This document shows positions 1 to 12,925 of a stretch of 64,000 bases of DNA, piece by piece. Position 1 is the first letter of the stretch; each line of letters opens with the position of its first letter. The stretch lies in NCBI RefSeq assembly GCF_004010195.1, contig NC_057718.1, forward strand, positions 87,624,570-87,688,569. Direction: 5' to 3'. Source of the DNA: Chiloscyllium plagiosum (taxonomy: Eukaryota). The notes beneath the pieces are model-generated. The model ran no database searches. It was not told where the DNA came from and saw only the letters and a list, made by a program, of their open reading frames with translations. The translations under genes and the position numbers were made by a program.

Positions 1-195
1 CCTTCACCATAACCTCCTTCCACCTATCGCATTTCCAACGCCCCTCCCCCAAGTCCCTCCTCCCTACCTTTTATCTTAGCCTGCTTGGCACACTTTCCTC
101 ATTCCTGAAGAAGGGCTCATGCCCGAAACGTCGATTCTCCTTCTCCTTGGATGCTGCCTGACCTGCTGCACTTTTCCAGCAACACATTTTCAGCC
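1..195 (+). mobile_element. Penelope-like element terminal fragment with hammerhead-like core (105-132)
   Basis: Reverse complement of the 58815-59010 region, which adjoins a GIY-YIG ORF. Core CTGAAGA-a-GGGCtcatGCCC-GAAAC-GTC. Confidence 0.8.
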
Positions 196-414
196 CTCTG
201 TATATAACTTGCAGTCATATGACTGCAACAAAGAGAAGAGCATGAGCTTTTGTGATCCCACAGGGGCTTTCAAAGGGTCCTGACATTCCCCATCATAGCC
301 AACTTTGCCCATTTTAATTTAGCCGTCCTACCTTGTTCTCTGATTTGTCCCTGTCTGCCCTGACTGTTTGCCTCACCTTTGTCTCAAATAGATCCCTTTT
401 ATCATTATCGTCCT

Positions 415-1450
415 GGGTCCCACCTCCCACTCTTTCCCCCCAGTTTAAATCCTCCCGAGCAGCTCTAGCAAATCTGCCAGTATATTAGTCCCTTCCAATT
501 TAGGTGCAATCCATCCTTCTTTGTACAGGTCACTTCTACCCCAAAAGAGCTTCCAATGATCCAAAAATGTGAATCCTTTTCCCATATATCAGTTCCTCAG
601 CTATGCATTCATCTGCTCTATCCTCCTACTCCTGCCCTCACTAGCTCATTGCACTGGGAGTAATCCAGCTATTACTAGTCTTGAGGACCTCTCTTTTAAA
701 TTCCTGCCTAACCTTCTGTAATGTCCCTTCAGAATCTCAACCTTTTCCCTTCCTGTGTTGTTGGTTCCAATGTGGACAATGATCTCCTGCTGGCCCCCCT
801 CACCCTTGAGAACATTCTGCACCCACTTTGACATCCTTGATCCTGGCACTAGGGAAGCATCACACCATTCTGATTTTTCGTTGCTAGTCACAAACGTCTG
901 TCTGTACCTCGGACTAGAGAGTTCCCCCAACACAATCTATCTCTTGGAACCTGACGTACCCCTCATTGCATTAGAGCAAGTCTCAATACCAGAAACTTGT
1001 GCTATGTTCCCCTGAGAATCCATCCTCCCCTACATCTTCCAAAACAACATACTTATTTGAAATGGGGATAGCCACAGAAAACTCCTGCACTACTGCCTAC
1101 CTCTCTTACCTTTCTTGGAGTTAACCCATCTATGCGACTACATCTGCGACTTTTCCCCCTTTCTATAACTGCCATCCATTACATCCCCTTGCTCTTGTAA
1201 GTTCCTCATTGCCTCTAACTGTCTCTCCAACCAATGCATTCGATCTGATAGGATTCGCAACCAAAGACATTTTTTGCAGATATAATCCTCAATAACCCAT
1301 AAACTCTCCCTGAATTCCTACATCCAACAAGAAGTGCATATCACTCGACTAAAGGCCATTTTGCTGCTTTCAATCTACAGACCCAGAAAATAGCACTGTC
1401 TTATTCCTCTCCAAAACACTGCTCCAGGTTAAATTAATACTTATGGCTTA
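415..1450 (-). mobile_element. CR1-clade LINE ORF1 fragment (SGNH/esterase-like)
   Basis: ORF 646-933 IIVHIGTNNTGR...LVIAGLLPV is typical of the CR1 ORF1 esterase region. Confidence 0.75.
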
Positions 1451-2629
1451 TATTTTAAGTTTAATCAAGAGACATATCTCAATAAAACATATAATCAAGA
1501 AAGAACCCATTCTATGCATTCAGCTGGCAAATGGTAAAATAAATACAGCTACAACAATGGCATTTACCTGACAAAATGGAAAATGCCAAGGTATGTCCTG
1601 TTCACAAAAAAGCAAAACTTATCCAGCTGGGCTGTACTGCCCCAAGTTTAATTCCCGTCCTCAGCAAAGCAAGGTTATAAGCAAGCAGCACTTCTCTAAT
1701 AATCTGCTCACTGATGGTCAGTTGATTTGGTTTATTTTTTGTCACATGTATCTTGCTATAAACATAAAATGAAAAGTGTTATATAGTGTCACCACTCTCT
1801 GGTACTAGCTTAAAACACAGAAAAAATAAATCAAAACATAGAGCATAAAGGCAGAAAAGTACAGAAATAAAGACAAAGTCCTTCTTAAGTGCTCTGTCAT
1901 GGGGCTCATGCCCAGGCATGAGTCCCTTCACCACACCATTGCCGTGAAAGTTGTCACTCTTCAGTGCCATCTGACCTTGCTGCTATAAGTCCGTACTCTA
2001 CCTCGCCAGACACCATTGATGCTGCCAAGTAACGCACCAGCCCAAACTCAACTCCTCCACTACCATGAGTCTGCTTTGGAACCCTCTCACCAACACAGCC
2101 ACTGCTGATGCTGCCGGGTCTCCTCCTGGGCCCAAACCCATCTCTGCCTCTGCCACCACCTCCTTGAATCTGTACAGGACACAGATGCCATCGAGAACCC
2201 AAACTCACCTCCATTGCAGCAGCCGTGAGTTGGCACTTGGACTGTCTTGACAATGCAGAAGGCGCCAGGAACCCAAATGTGCCACTAAGGTCACTGCCGC
2301 AAGTCCGTGCTGCTGGCCCACTTACCGATGGCCCAAGCTCCTCATCAAGAGGTACGTAAAATGAGATAAAAGAAAAAGAAAGAGTGGAGAGGAGAAAAAA
2401 AGAAAAGCGCACAGAGTAAATGAGTTCCAGGCTCAGAAGCCTGACCCCTCCACCAGCTTGCTGGAAGAGTTTTAGGTTTTAAATCTCACTAGGAAGACCA
2501 GATTTTAGACCTCATTACAGCTTTGGTACAAATATGGCCATAGCTTCTGAATGCCAAGGACTGAGGTGAGATGACCGCCCTTGACATCAAAGCATCATTA
2601 ACTAAATGTGACACCAAAGAGCTGAGAGT

Positions 2630-3112
2630 TTTTTTAAAAGATTTGTAGCTCGGGTTGTGGATGAGGTCGTAGGTTTGTTTGCTGAGCTGGTGTGGTTTTC
2701 TGCAGATGTTTCTTCACCTCGCTAGGTGACATCGTCAGTGCGTCTTCGAAAAAGTGTTGTTGGTCTATTCTGCCTCGCATTTATGTGTCTCTGTTTTTTT
2801 GGTACTTCCAGTTCTGTATCTGAGTGGTTTGAATAGGGGGTTCAGTTCAATGTGTCTATTGATTGAGTTCCGGTTGGCATGCCAGGTTTCAAGGAATTCT
2901 CTCACGTGTCTCTGTTTTGCCTGTGCAATGATGATTACATCATCCCAGTTGAATTTGTGTTCTTCGTTGTATGTGACATTGGAAGTGAGAGAGTGCTGCT
3001 TGTATCTGGCAGTGGTGAGTTGATGTTTGTGCACTCGTATGGCCAGTTTTCTTCCTGTTTGTCCTGTGTAGAGTTTTCCACAGTCCTTGCCGGGTATCTT
3101 GTGCTTCATCAA
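2630..3112 (-). mobile_element. Penelope-like element 3' fragment: GIY-YIG endonuclease plus hammerhead-containing terminal repeat
   Basis: ORF 2765-3112: KLYTGQTGRKLAIRVHKH...REFLETWH...SINRHIELNP. Hammerhead core at 2702-2741 on the - strand. Confidence 0.85.
2702..2741 (-). ncRNA. Minimal type I hammerhead ribozyme motif
   Basis: Minus strand reads gca-CTGACGA-tgtcacct agcg aggtgaa-GAAAC-ATC-tgc. Stem I gca/tgc, stem II tcacct/aggtga, AUC cleavage triplet. Confidence 0.65.
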
Positions 3113-5448
3113 TTGCTTCTGATCACTTTAAAGTCAGAAATGAAGGTGTTCTTTGACTCCATAATATTTACTTTAATTTGCAAATTCTCAGATGATGCAA
3201 CCGCCCATGCAACGAGATCCAGATGATAGTTTAGCTTTTGGTCTCTCGTGGCGCAGTGTCGTCTCTGTACCTCTGAGCCAGGAAGCCCTGGTTCAAGCTC
3301 CACCAGCTCAAGAGGTGTGTCATAACATCTCTGATCAGGTTGGTTAGAAAATATCAAGCAACCTGGCTTGGACGGATGAGTGGCGAGCAGCATTTGTGGC
3401 ACACAAGTGCCAGGCATTGATCATTTCCAACAAAATTGAATCTAACCATCTCTTACTGGCACTCAATTATATTACCATTTCCAAATCCCCCAAATTCAAT
3501 GTTTTTGATTTATTTGAAGAGTGTGGACATCATTGACAATGGCCCCCATTAATTGCTTTTGGAAACGTTAAAGGAATCCAATGCTTTGAATATAACTGCG
3601 GCTAGTTATGCCATGTCGGAGGGCAATTAAATTTCAAGTAAGGTTGCTTTGGGTCTATACAAACATAATGGAGGCAGATTTCTTTACCCACGTGGTCATG
3701 TGGATTTTTACAACAATCTAGTGGTTTCCTGGTCCGCTCATCAATCCTGCCCTTTTATTCAGGTTTTATTTATTTAGATTTAAGTTCCCAGCTACCATAT
3801 GGGATATGCATTCATGTCTCTGAATGAATAGTTCATGACTGTGGTATTTCTAGAGCAGTAATGTCAGCATTATTCTAATAATCCTTAATATGCTTACTGA
3901 CACCATTGGCGAGAAACTTAATTGGGTCAACCAAATAAATAGTATGGCTGCAAGATCTAGTCAGGCTGGGTATTCTGCAGCAGTCTACCAACACCTAGCT
4001 TTCTTGAGCCTGTTCACCATCAACCATGCGCAAATCAAGATTGTGATATACAGTTCCAGTAATGCTCAGGAAGTTTCACTTCGCCCACGATGAAGCAGCT
4101 TCTATAAAGCTCATTTAATTAGTGCTCTATACACCTCTTTAAAATATTCACTCACTCCACCACTGCCATGGCATGGCTGCATTCTGCATCACCTACAAGT
4201 GTATTAAAGCAACTCACCAAGACTACTTGGACACTAAACCACAACCTGTACCATCTAGACATGGGCATTATGAGCACAGGACATTATCACTCTCCTCTTT
4301 GTCAAATATTGTCCTGAATTGAAATTACATTATCTTTCCTTCCTTATTGCTGGGTCAAAGCTTTCAAACTCCCCACCTTAACAGCACTGTGGGTGTACCT
4401 ACAGTGCAAACTATAATGGTTCATGCAGAAGGCTCACCACCATCATCTCCAGGCTAATTTGGGATTCGCTGGTGTTGCCCGAGATGGGCTAAATCCTATG
4501 AATGATCAAGAAAGAATCTTGGAATTCCAAAACCTTTTGGTGCCCGCTACAAGAATCAAAGCAAGTTAAGATTTAATTACAGCAAGAGATTTGGAAAGTG
4601 AATGACTTATTGCAAGTGGATTACAGTACAAGTATAAATTTTGCTGTAACTCTGATGGCCTTTGGTGAGATTGCACCAGGAGTACTGTATCCAATCTTAG
4701 TCTCCTTACCCCTCTTTCAAGTGGCTGCAGTTCAGATTCACTGGACTGATTTCTCAGATGAGAAGAGTGAGTTATGAGAAACAATCAATATGTTCTATTT
4801 ACTCTGGCATTTAGAAAAATGAAAGCTGGTTTCATTAAAATATATGAAAAACGTTGGACTTGTCAGTGTTAATGTTTGAAGGCTGTTTCCCCTGGCTGAA
4901 GAATTTGGAACTGGGTCCAAGATCTAAAATAAGTAGTTGGCTATTTATGACGCGTTTTGGGAATTTACTAGTCCGGAGTGTCATGGATGTTCAATTGATG
5001 AGTCTACTCAACTGAAGTTGATGAATTTTGGACACCTGAGGAAATCAAGGGATACAGAGACAGGGTAGAAAATTGGAGTTGAGGAAGATGGCATGCCACA
5101 TTTTTGTCGACTGGTGGAGAAGACTTCAGGCACCTTTTATGTTTCTCTTTCTATGATCCCGATTATGTGGAAAAAAAACAATTTAAGTGACTTGCTGAGG
5201 TAGTCAAGAACACTAATAATGCAGCAGTCCCTCAGTACGGTGCTGGAGTGCCGATGTGGATTATGGGCTCAAACCTCTGGAGCTGGTTGAACCCGCATTC
5301 CTCAGATTCAGTGACTAAGCGTACTCTCTGTTTTCAAGCAGAGACTGGACACTCACAACTGGAATGTATTGGGAGATATTCAGTTCCTTCTCTCCTGTTG
5401 TTAGACTTAAATTTCACATGGTGCTGTTTCCTTTCTTTACTCCCAAAG

Positions 5449-5577
5449 GATGGATCACTGGGAAACATTGATGACCTGGCTCAGCAGTGCACTGAATACT
5501 ACAACACCTGCCTCAGTGAGGTGCCAGAGCAGATGGAAGAGCTGTGCACACAGAGAATCTTGGAGAATCTTGATCTG
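5449..5577 (+). CDS. SASH1: SASH1-like coding exon (equiv. exon 2), 129 nt, DGSLGNIDDLAQQCTEYYNTCLSEVPEQMEELCTQRILENLDL
   Basis: Pyrimidine tract plus aag acceptor, gtaaaa donor, phase 0/0. Peptide matches the SASH1 N-terminal DGSLGNIDDLAQQ motif. Confidence 0.92.
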
Positions 5578-8405
5578 GTAAAATAAAATTTCTGTCCTCC
5601 TCTGGGAGTCCTATGTGTTTCTAGTCAGTCAAATAAGAAAAGATTCTCATGTATAGAGTGTACTTAATGACTTCAAATTATGTTAGACTGTTTCAATCAT
5701 GAAGCGGTTTAAGTGTTGTAATGTAGAAAATGTTGCAGCTAATTTATGAACAGCAAGATCCCACATTCAGCAAGAAGTGAGATTTTTTTTGAGATAGTTT
5801 AGGGCCTAAACCAGGAGAACATTGCAATACAGCAAATTCAGTTATGTTTCAGAGTCTTAGAATTAACTATTGGTTAGATTTTATCCATTTGATTTGTACT
5901 CATCCTTCCTGCACCAATTCCCCACAACAGCCAGTTTAATTCTGAATAGGTCTTATCTCTGGTGGATCCAGAGATGAATAACAGAAATGATATTCTAAAA
6001 CAATTGATAGAGCCTTTTTTGAATCTTAGTGGGGGTGTCTTAAAATAGTCCACAACCAATTAATTGTATTTCAGGTGTTGTGTAGGACAGCGCAGGAGTT
6101 AGGTACCAGAACTATTAGTGCGATGAATGACTAGGTAATCACTTTTTAATACTACATGAGGAATCTATTAGGCATCAGGGAGACCACTCCTGCATTTTAA
6201 ATCATGTCCACCCGAGCAGAAGCAGGGCTTTTGTTTGACAAAATATATTAGGGAGGAGAAAATGAAAATCACCTTGAGCTGAGCAATTACATCCAAGATG
6301 TGGCAGTGAGCCAGACAGTGGCGTGGTTGGCACGTACATATCTAAAGACTGCTGCCATTGCACAACATTGGCCGGTCAATGAGAAAAGTTGATTTCTGTG
6401 CCATGCTCCACTCTCCACACTCTTAACCTTCTCGAGATGAACGTGCATGATGATAGCCCACAGCACGACCTAAAAGAATAATGAAATATTTCGAGGTTAG
6501 TTGTCTTCTAGCTGCTGATGCAATTCTACACATTTTTGGAGCTTTCCTATAATTTTCTAAAGTTTAATTAGTCTATAACAAGTAGTCTGGCTGGAGTTGA
6601 AGTAAACATTTAGTGGGTAAAGCTTGGGTTTAAATGAGTTACTTCCAGATGTGGGTAACCTGGAAAGCCATCTTCTTGCAAGTGAGTCAGACTGGGAGAA
6701 TGAGCAGAAGTTATGCAGAGCAGGGCAAGTTGCCGGAAAGTGGGGGTAAAGGGGAAGGAGAAGGGCTTTCAGCAGGGGGTCACTAAGTGTCGTAAAGTTG
6801 AATTCTTTAAGTTCAACTTCAACAATGCCCAATCCTTGAGATGTATTCACTTCAGTAAAAAAAAATTTGACTGAAATCAGCCAATTACTGCAGCTACAAC
6901 TGATTCTTCCAAGCAGAGCAAGAATCTCATGAATTTGGCTGTCAAGGAGAAGTCAAGTTCTGACTGACTTGTTCATTTCCTTCCAGGTTGCTGTTGGATA
7001 TAAGTAATTTTTTCAGGCTTGGCAGACTGTTGTTAAGAGGTTGCTGAGTGAGGGAGCTTTTATCTTTTCATTTGTCAGCGATGAGGGGACAGGGCAGACA
7101 AGAGGGTTTTTTCAGATTGGAAGCTTTCCTGTAGTGCAAGGAGGCACTGATGTCCCTAATGCAGTTTTCCCTCAAACTGCTGGTGTGTGACCACAGGCTA
7201 CAATTCATACACATGAATGCCCGTTATTCTGGTATAGCTGTCATTCGTTCATTCTGCAGCAGTACACTGTGACAACTACATTTATCACACCATAGCAAAC
7301 CAAAGGATGTCTACTGGGTGAACAAGTTATCCACACTTGACTGGCTCGTGACTCTTGTCTGGAACCTATGTAGATGTGCAATGTATGCTGGCAGCGAGAG
7401 AGAGAACCATGTTGCAAGAGCAGTTTGATGCAGCACACCACTAATGTTCTTAACAACAGTTCAGCTGCCTAGGTCACTTTGAAAGAGCCCTACATTACTC
7501 ACTGGAGCTGTTCTCAAGATTTGTGATCTCTTGTTACACAATCTAGCCATGAAGAAGGGATAGGGTGAGATGCTGAGGAGCAAGGGAGAGAATGAATTGG
7601 AGAAATATCAAATAATTTGTGACTGCCAATAACCTAAGGCATCTCTCCCCATTCACAAGCAGTACAACGTTCTACATTTTTCCTTATCCATAACAATCAA
7701 ATCACCGTTTGCAACAAGAGGAAAAGCACATTCCGCATTCAAATTTATCAATTCGATCTTGGCATAGTGCACAGGAATGTTTTTTAAATTTTTGGAAGCA
7801 TGGGGAACTACAGTCACGGCAAATCAGAGTCGACTTCCTAACCAATTAGCTCCCCTTTTCTCCTGTAGTCAAAAGGTCACAACAATTTGTACATTTGACA
7901 TTGTTACATTTGTCCTGATGAGCATAAGTCAAAAGCTTCCAAGATAGATCACTCTTTTCAGCAAGATACAAACAAGCACATTCCCCTCGTGGTCTTTGCT
8001 AGTGCTTGCGACAAGCTGTTTCCTTAATGACTGCATTGGGAATGGTGGGGGTCGCTAAGTTCAAATTCAGAAAACTGTGGCTGGATTTGGAGAGTTACGT
8101 CCAACAGCTATAAATCTCAAAGGCCCAGATGCAAACTGCAGTATCCTGACCTGTGCTGCAGCAGGCTGGTTGACAGGCAACATCAAGGAGTAGAATGGAG
8201 GGAGAGAATACTGAGAGAGTACTGTAGGTTCAAACTCAGTGGAGCCACTGCCAGTCTTCTGAGAGTAGGCTGATGGTATTGTTGTGATGCCCTGGTGATC
8301 CTTTGAAAACTCACGTCTAGAACTATGATCAACAGTGACAGCTTCCACTTTTTTTTAAAAAAAACGTGCACGGAATGTAGGTGTCCCTGACAAAACAAGC
8401 ATTTA

Positions 8406-8884
8406 GAGTCATAGAAATGTACAGCATGGAGACAGACCATTTGGTCCAACTCCTCCATGCTGGCCAGATATCCTAAATTAATCTATTCCCATTTGCCAGC
8501 ACTTGGCTCAGATCCCTCTAAACCCTTCTTATTCATATACCCATCCAGATACCTTTTAAATGTTGTAATTGTACCAGCATCCACCACTTCCTCTGGCAGC
8601 TCATTCCATACATGCACCACCCTCTGTGTGAAAAGGTTGCCCCTTAGGTCCCTTTTATATCTTTCCCTTCTCACCCTAAACCTATCCCTCTTGTTCTGGA
8701 ACCCAGGAAAAATACCTTATAATTTTTCCCTATCTGTGCTCCTCATGATTTTATAAACCTCTAAAAGGTTACCCTTCAATCTCCAACATTCCAGGGAAAA
8801 CAGCTCCAATTTATCCAACGTCTCCTTATAGCTCAAACCCTCCAACCCTGTGTACGCCCCAGAATTGCATGCAATATTCCAAAA
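8406..8884 (-). mobile_element. CR1 (HER1-like) LINE 3' end, left part of a copy split by an LTR element
   Basis: ORF 8483-8674 RGNLFTQRVVHVWNELPEEVVDAGTITTFKRYLDGYM is the CR1 ORF2 C-terminus. Confidence 0.85.
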
Positions 8885-9007
8885 GTTTACATATAAACAA
8901 AAGGCTTTTCAAAATCCTTTTCATCTCTGGACCAAACAAGTCTGATCGGAGCTCAGCCTGGTTTATTACCTCTCTGGAGAAAAAAGTCAAGGCCAAAGTA
9001 TCCTTGA

Positions 9008-9104
9008 CTGAAAATGTGTTGCTGGAAAAGCGCAGCAGGTCAGGCAGCATCCAAGGAGCAGGAGAATCGACGTTTCGGGCAAAAGCCCTTCTTCAGGAAT
9101 CCTC
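9008..9104 (-). mobile_element. 97-bp Penelope-derived mini-insertion with hammerhead core, 12-bp TSD
   Basis: TSD aagtatccttga at 8996-9007 and 9105-9116. Absent from the homologous site in the other LTR (about 12675-12690). Core at 9069-9096. Confidence 0.85.
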
Positions 9105-11257
9105 AAGTATCCTTGAGCCAAGGAACAGCTTTTAGAAAAAGAAGGACTAGCTTTCTGACACCTTTCCCCCCCCCTCCCCGCCCCTTTTTAACAGTTCAGT
9201 GAATGGAGCAGCCACACTGCTAAAGTTCAGCACAACTTTCAGTAACATCCACTCAATCCCAGGAACTGTAGTCTTCCTTTATTCATCTACGGTGTGGGAA
9301 ATTCCCCAATTACTTTCGTTTTCACATTTCGTGGAGCCATTTGTCCATGTCCAATAACGTGGCCCAGGAAGGTGACTTGGGTTTTGGCAAATTCACTTTT
9401 TAGCTAGGTTTACCACCAAGTCTGTAAATGTTTCTTCCATGAATGACTAAAAATCACCAGGTCACCATTCAGTTGGCTAATCCAGCGATAACCTTATTAA
9501 TCAATCTCTGAAGTGCACTTTTCATGCCAAATGACATGACTTTGAACTGATATAGTCCATTCAGCATTACGAAAGCTGAAATTGCCTTTGCTTTCTCTGA
9601 CAGAGGTACTTGCCAGTAGTCTCTGAGCAAGGCCACCTTAGAAATGTAAGTTGCTTGTCCCATGTTTTTGATACAGTCTCCAATCGTGCAATTGGATATG
9701 CATCAGTCTTTGTAACGGCGTTGACTTTGCAATAGTCCACATGTAACCATTGGATACCATCTGGCTTTGGCACCATGACTATGGGTGAGTTCCAGTCACT
9801 GTAACTCACTTCGATTATACCACTTAGAGCACACACTCTATCTCCTGAATCTGTGCCAATTTTAGAAGTTATGCTTACAAGGATGTTGCTTAATCAGAAC
9901 AGCATCTCCTATTTCTATATCATGCGCAATTAGGTTAGTACTTCCCTTTTTCTTTCCCTGTATGTCTCCTCATGTGATAGTAAGAACTCTTTCAGGTCAT
10001 TTCAACTTTCTTGTGCAAGGTAACTCAATAATTTATCCCAATTTTTGACAAGTTCCTCATTGTCCAATTTGATTTGAGGAATGTCCAATTCAGAATCCTC
10101 TGTAATCATTAACACCTTTCCTCTTGCTTTCCTTCCCTGTCAAAATACCTTTTGAGCATATCCACATGACACACACTGAGAGATTTTCTCCTTTTTGGAG
10201 TCCTTATCAAGTAGCTCACCTTACTCAGTTTCCTTTCGATTTGATACGGTCCACTAAACCTTGCTTTTAAAGGCTCACCTGTCACTGGAAGTAACACCTT
10301 ATCACCTTATCCCCAATTGCAAAGTTACGAATTTGTGATATCTTAACCGCTTCCTGTTTCATTGTTTGCTGTGATACTTTTAAATGCTGTCCAGCTCTGT
10401 TTAATTGTTCTCCAAAATTTGACATAGTCCAAATGGCTGGTCTCTGAATTCTGACTTATTAATTTCTCCTTAATCAATTTTAACGGGTCCTCTTACTTCA
10501 CGGCCAAAAATTAATTCAAATGGACTGAATTTGGTGCATCTCTGATGGCAAAAAGTACAAATGGAACTCCCTTATTCCAATCATCTGGATAATCCTGAGG
10601 CTAAGCCAATAACATGGCCTAGTTGCCCCACTTCCTATCCCCCATGGATTGAAATTGATTCTGGAAGCCAAACAGTGTTTTATGGACGAGCTCATAATCA
10701 TCAGCCACTTCAGCTGTTAACCTTGCTGTTTTAACTCTCTGCTCTTCCACGTGAGTTTGCACTACTTCAGAAATTTTTGAATTCCTCCAAAATAATTACC
10801 TCTTTAAGGGCATGATAGGTTTGCTTGATTTTTAAAGCTCTTATCCATCAATCAAAATTACTCTGTTTAATCCTTTCAAACTCAATATAGGTCTGATCTG
10901 GGTCCCTCCTTAGATTCCTGAAACGTTGTCTGTCTGCTTCTGGTACAAGCTCATGTGAACCTAAAATGGCTTTTTTCACCTCCTCATACTCCCCAGATAC
11001 CTCCTCTGATAGTGATGCCCTCACCAGCCCTACCTAAAATTTTCATTTAAATCAACAAAACCCACATTTGCCACTGGCCATTGCATTTGTTTAGCCACCT
11101 TTTCAAATGAGATGAAAAAGGCTTCTACGTCCTTCTCATCAAATTTAGGCAATGTTTGAACATACCTTAAACTCTGTTTCTGACTACCAGGGGTTTGCTC
11201 ATCCTCTCTCTCTTCCTCACTAAGCCAACCCTCAGCCTTTAACTCCAGCCTTTTTAA

Positions 11258-12062
11258 GCTCATTTTCCTTTTTAAGTGTCAGTTTTTGAAGTTCAAAAGA
11301 TCTCTCTTTTTCCCTCCTTTCTACTGCCCTGTCCTTATCTTTCCTCTAACTCAAGCTGCATCATTTGCAATTTAAGTTTTGCTATCTCTACAGATTCTGA
11401 TGGTTTCTCCAGCAAGATTAAATGCTGAGCTACTGCTGCAATTATTTCTCCTTTCCTCACAGAAGCAGGCAGGTCCAATTCCAGCTTCTCTGCTAATTCC
11501 TGCAGCTTGGTCTCATTCACTTTCTGCAAAACTTCCAAAGTCACCGCATGCACATCCAGAAAACTTTTGGCGACTGAGTCATTTCTATCCCAAGCTTTGT
11601 CTACTCAACCAACACCCAAAATAAAGACACTAGCATCTACCACTTGGCTCATTTTCCTTTTTAAGTGTCAGTTTTTGAAGTTCAAAAGATCTCTCTTTTT
11701 CCCTCTCTTCTGCTGCTCTCTCTTTTTCTCTCCTTTCTACTGCATTGTCCTTATCTTTCCTCTAACTCAAGCTGCATCATTTACAATTTAAGTTTTGCTA
11801 TCTCTACAGATTCTGATGGTTTCTCCAGCAAGAGTAAGTGCTGAGCTAATGCTGCAATTATTTCTCCTTTCCTCACAGAAGCAGGCAGGTCCAATTCCAG
11901 CTTCTCTGCTAATTCCTGCAGCTTGGTCTCATTCACTTTCTGCAAAACTTCCAAAGTCACCGCATGCACATCCAGAAAACTTTTGGCGACTGAGTCATTT
12001 CTATCCCAAGCTTTGTCTACTCAACCAACACCCAAAATAAAGACACTAGCATCTACCACTTG
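11258..12062. repeat. Tandem duplication inside gag (389 bp plus 416 bp copies)
   Basis: 11258-11646 and 11647-12062 are nearly identical, giving duplicated ORFs 11335-11553 and 11781-11969. There is a 27-nt length difference. Confidence 0.92.
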
Positions 12063-12093
12063 CTGTTTAAAATCCTGCAAAGAGCCCTCAGTC

Positions 12094-12731
12094 TGTTATG
12101 GACTAAGCCCAGACCACTCAAATCATTCTTAAGCAGGCAGCCCAGACCATAACTTTGCACTTTGTTTTAATAAGTATACAGTGAAAATTACCCAGATTAA
12201 GTTAGATGGGTTGACTATCAGGTTTAAAACAGACAAAAAAAATTCACAAAATTACGCAATGAAACACGACGAACAGAATAAAGAACCCCGACAGAACTCA
12301 GTCTATCCAAACTAGACTTAGCGACACTGTTCCAAATATTCACAACAGTCCCAATAAGCAAACCCCCTTTAAAACACAGTACAAAAAAAGGTCAGATGCT
12401 TACAGGTTGACGTTAGAAGGGCAGAAGAAAGAGTTTCCACACAGCTCACTGTTGAACTCCCAACTAGTTCTGGACTGAAATAAACTGCTCAGCTAGAGAG
12501 CTGACCACTCCCCTTTCATTCTACAGGTCACTTCTAAAACATGACCACTTTGGCCTGAAGTTTCATCTGTTTAAATATAAACAAAAGGCCTAACAAAATC
12601 CTTTTCATCTCTGTACCAAATCTGTCTGATCGGAGTCTGGCCTGGTTTATTACCCCTCTGAAAAAATCAAGCACAAGATATTCTTGAGCCAAGGAACTTC
12701 TTTTAGAAAAAAAAGGACTAGCTTTGTGACA
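12094..12731 (-). repeat. 5' LTR (638 bp) of the gypsy element
   Basis: Starts tgtt and ends gaca on the + strand. Its right end is repeated at 8885-9160. A PBS-like sequence is adjacent. Confidence 0.8.
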
Positions 12732-12925
12732 CACTCTTTGGCCATTGGCCCATCAAGATTCCTCTGTCATCTGAGGTAACCTTCACTGTCCACTACACCT
12801 CCAATTTTGGTGTCATCTGCAAACTTACTAACTATACCTCCAATGTACCCACAAATCATTTAGATAAATGACCAAAAGTAGTAGACCCAGCACTGACCCT
12901 TGTGGCACACCACTAGTCTCAGACC
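12732..12925 (-). mobile_element. CR1 LINE RT fragment, right part of the copy split by the LTR element
   Basis: ccaattttggtgtcatctgcaaactt reads KFADDTKIGG on the - strand. Same orientation as 8406-8884. Confidence 0.75.

Larger units (their letters stand above)
1520..4520 (+). mobile_element. Old LINE RT/3' remnant fragmented by several younger insertions
   Basis: RT-like pieces: WKxAxVxPVHKK-like near 1575 and ALDIK near 2576. They are interrupted by other repeats at about 1725-2470, 2625-3115 and 3500-3885. Confidence 0.45.
8885..12731 (-). mobile_element. Decayed Ty3/gypsy LTR retrotransposon, Gmr1-type domain order (gag - integrase - RT)
   Basis: 5' LTR 12094-12731 with TG...CA termini. 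Truncated 3' LTR 8885-9160 matches 12570-12731. PPT at 9161-9184 and degenerate tRNA-Pro-like PBS at about 12072-12091. Gag (LPKFDEKDVEAFFISFEK), integrase GPY/F tail (ARFSGPYQIERK, 10109-10297) and RT (WNSPIVMVPKPDG; YWQVPL..LYQFKVMSFG, 9469-9836). Confidence 0.88.
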
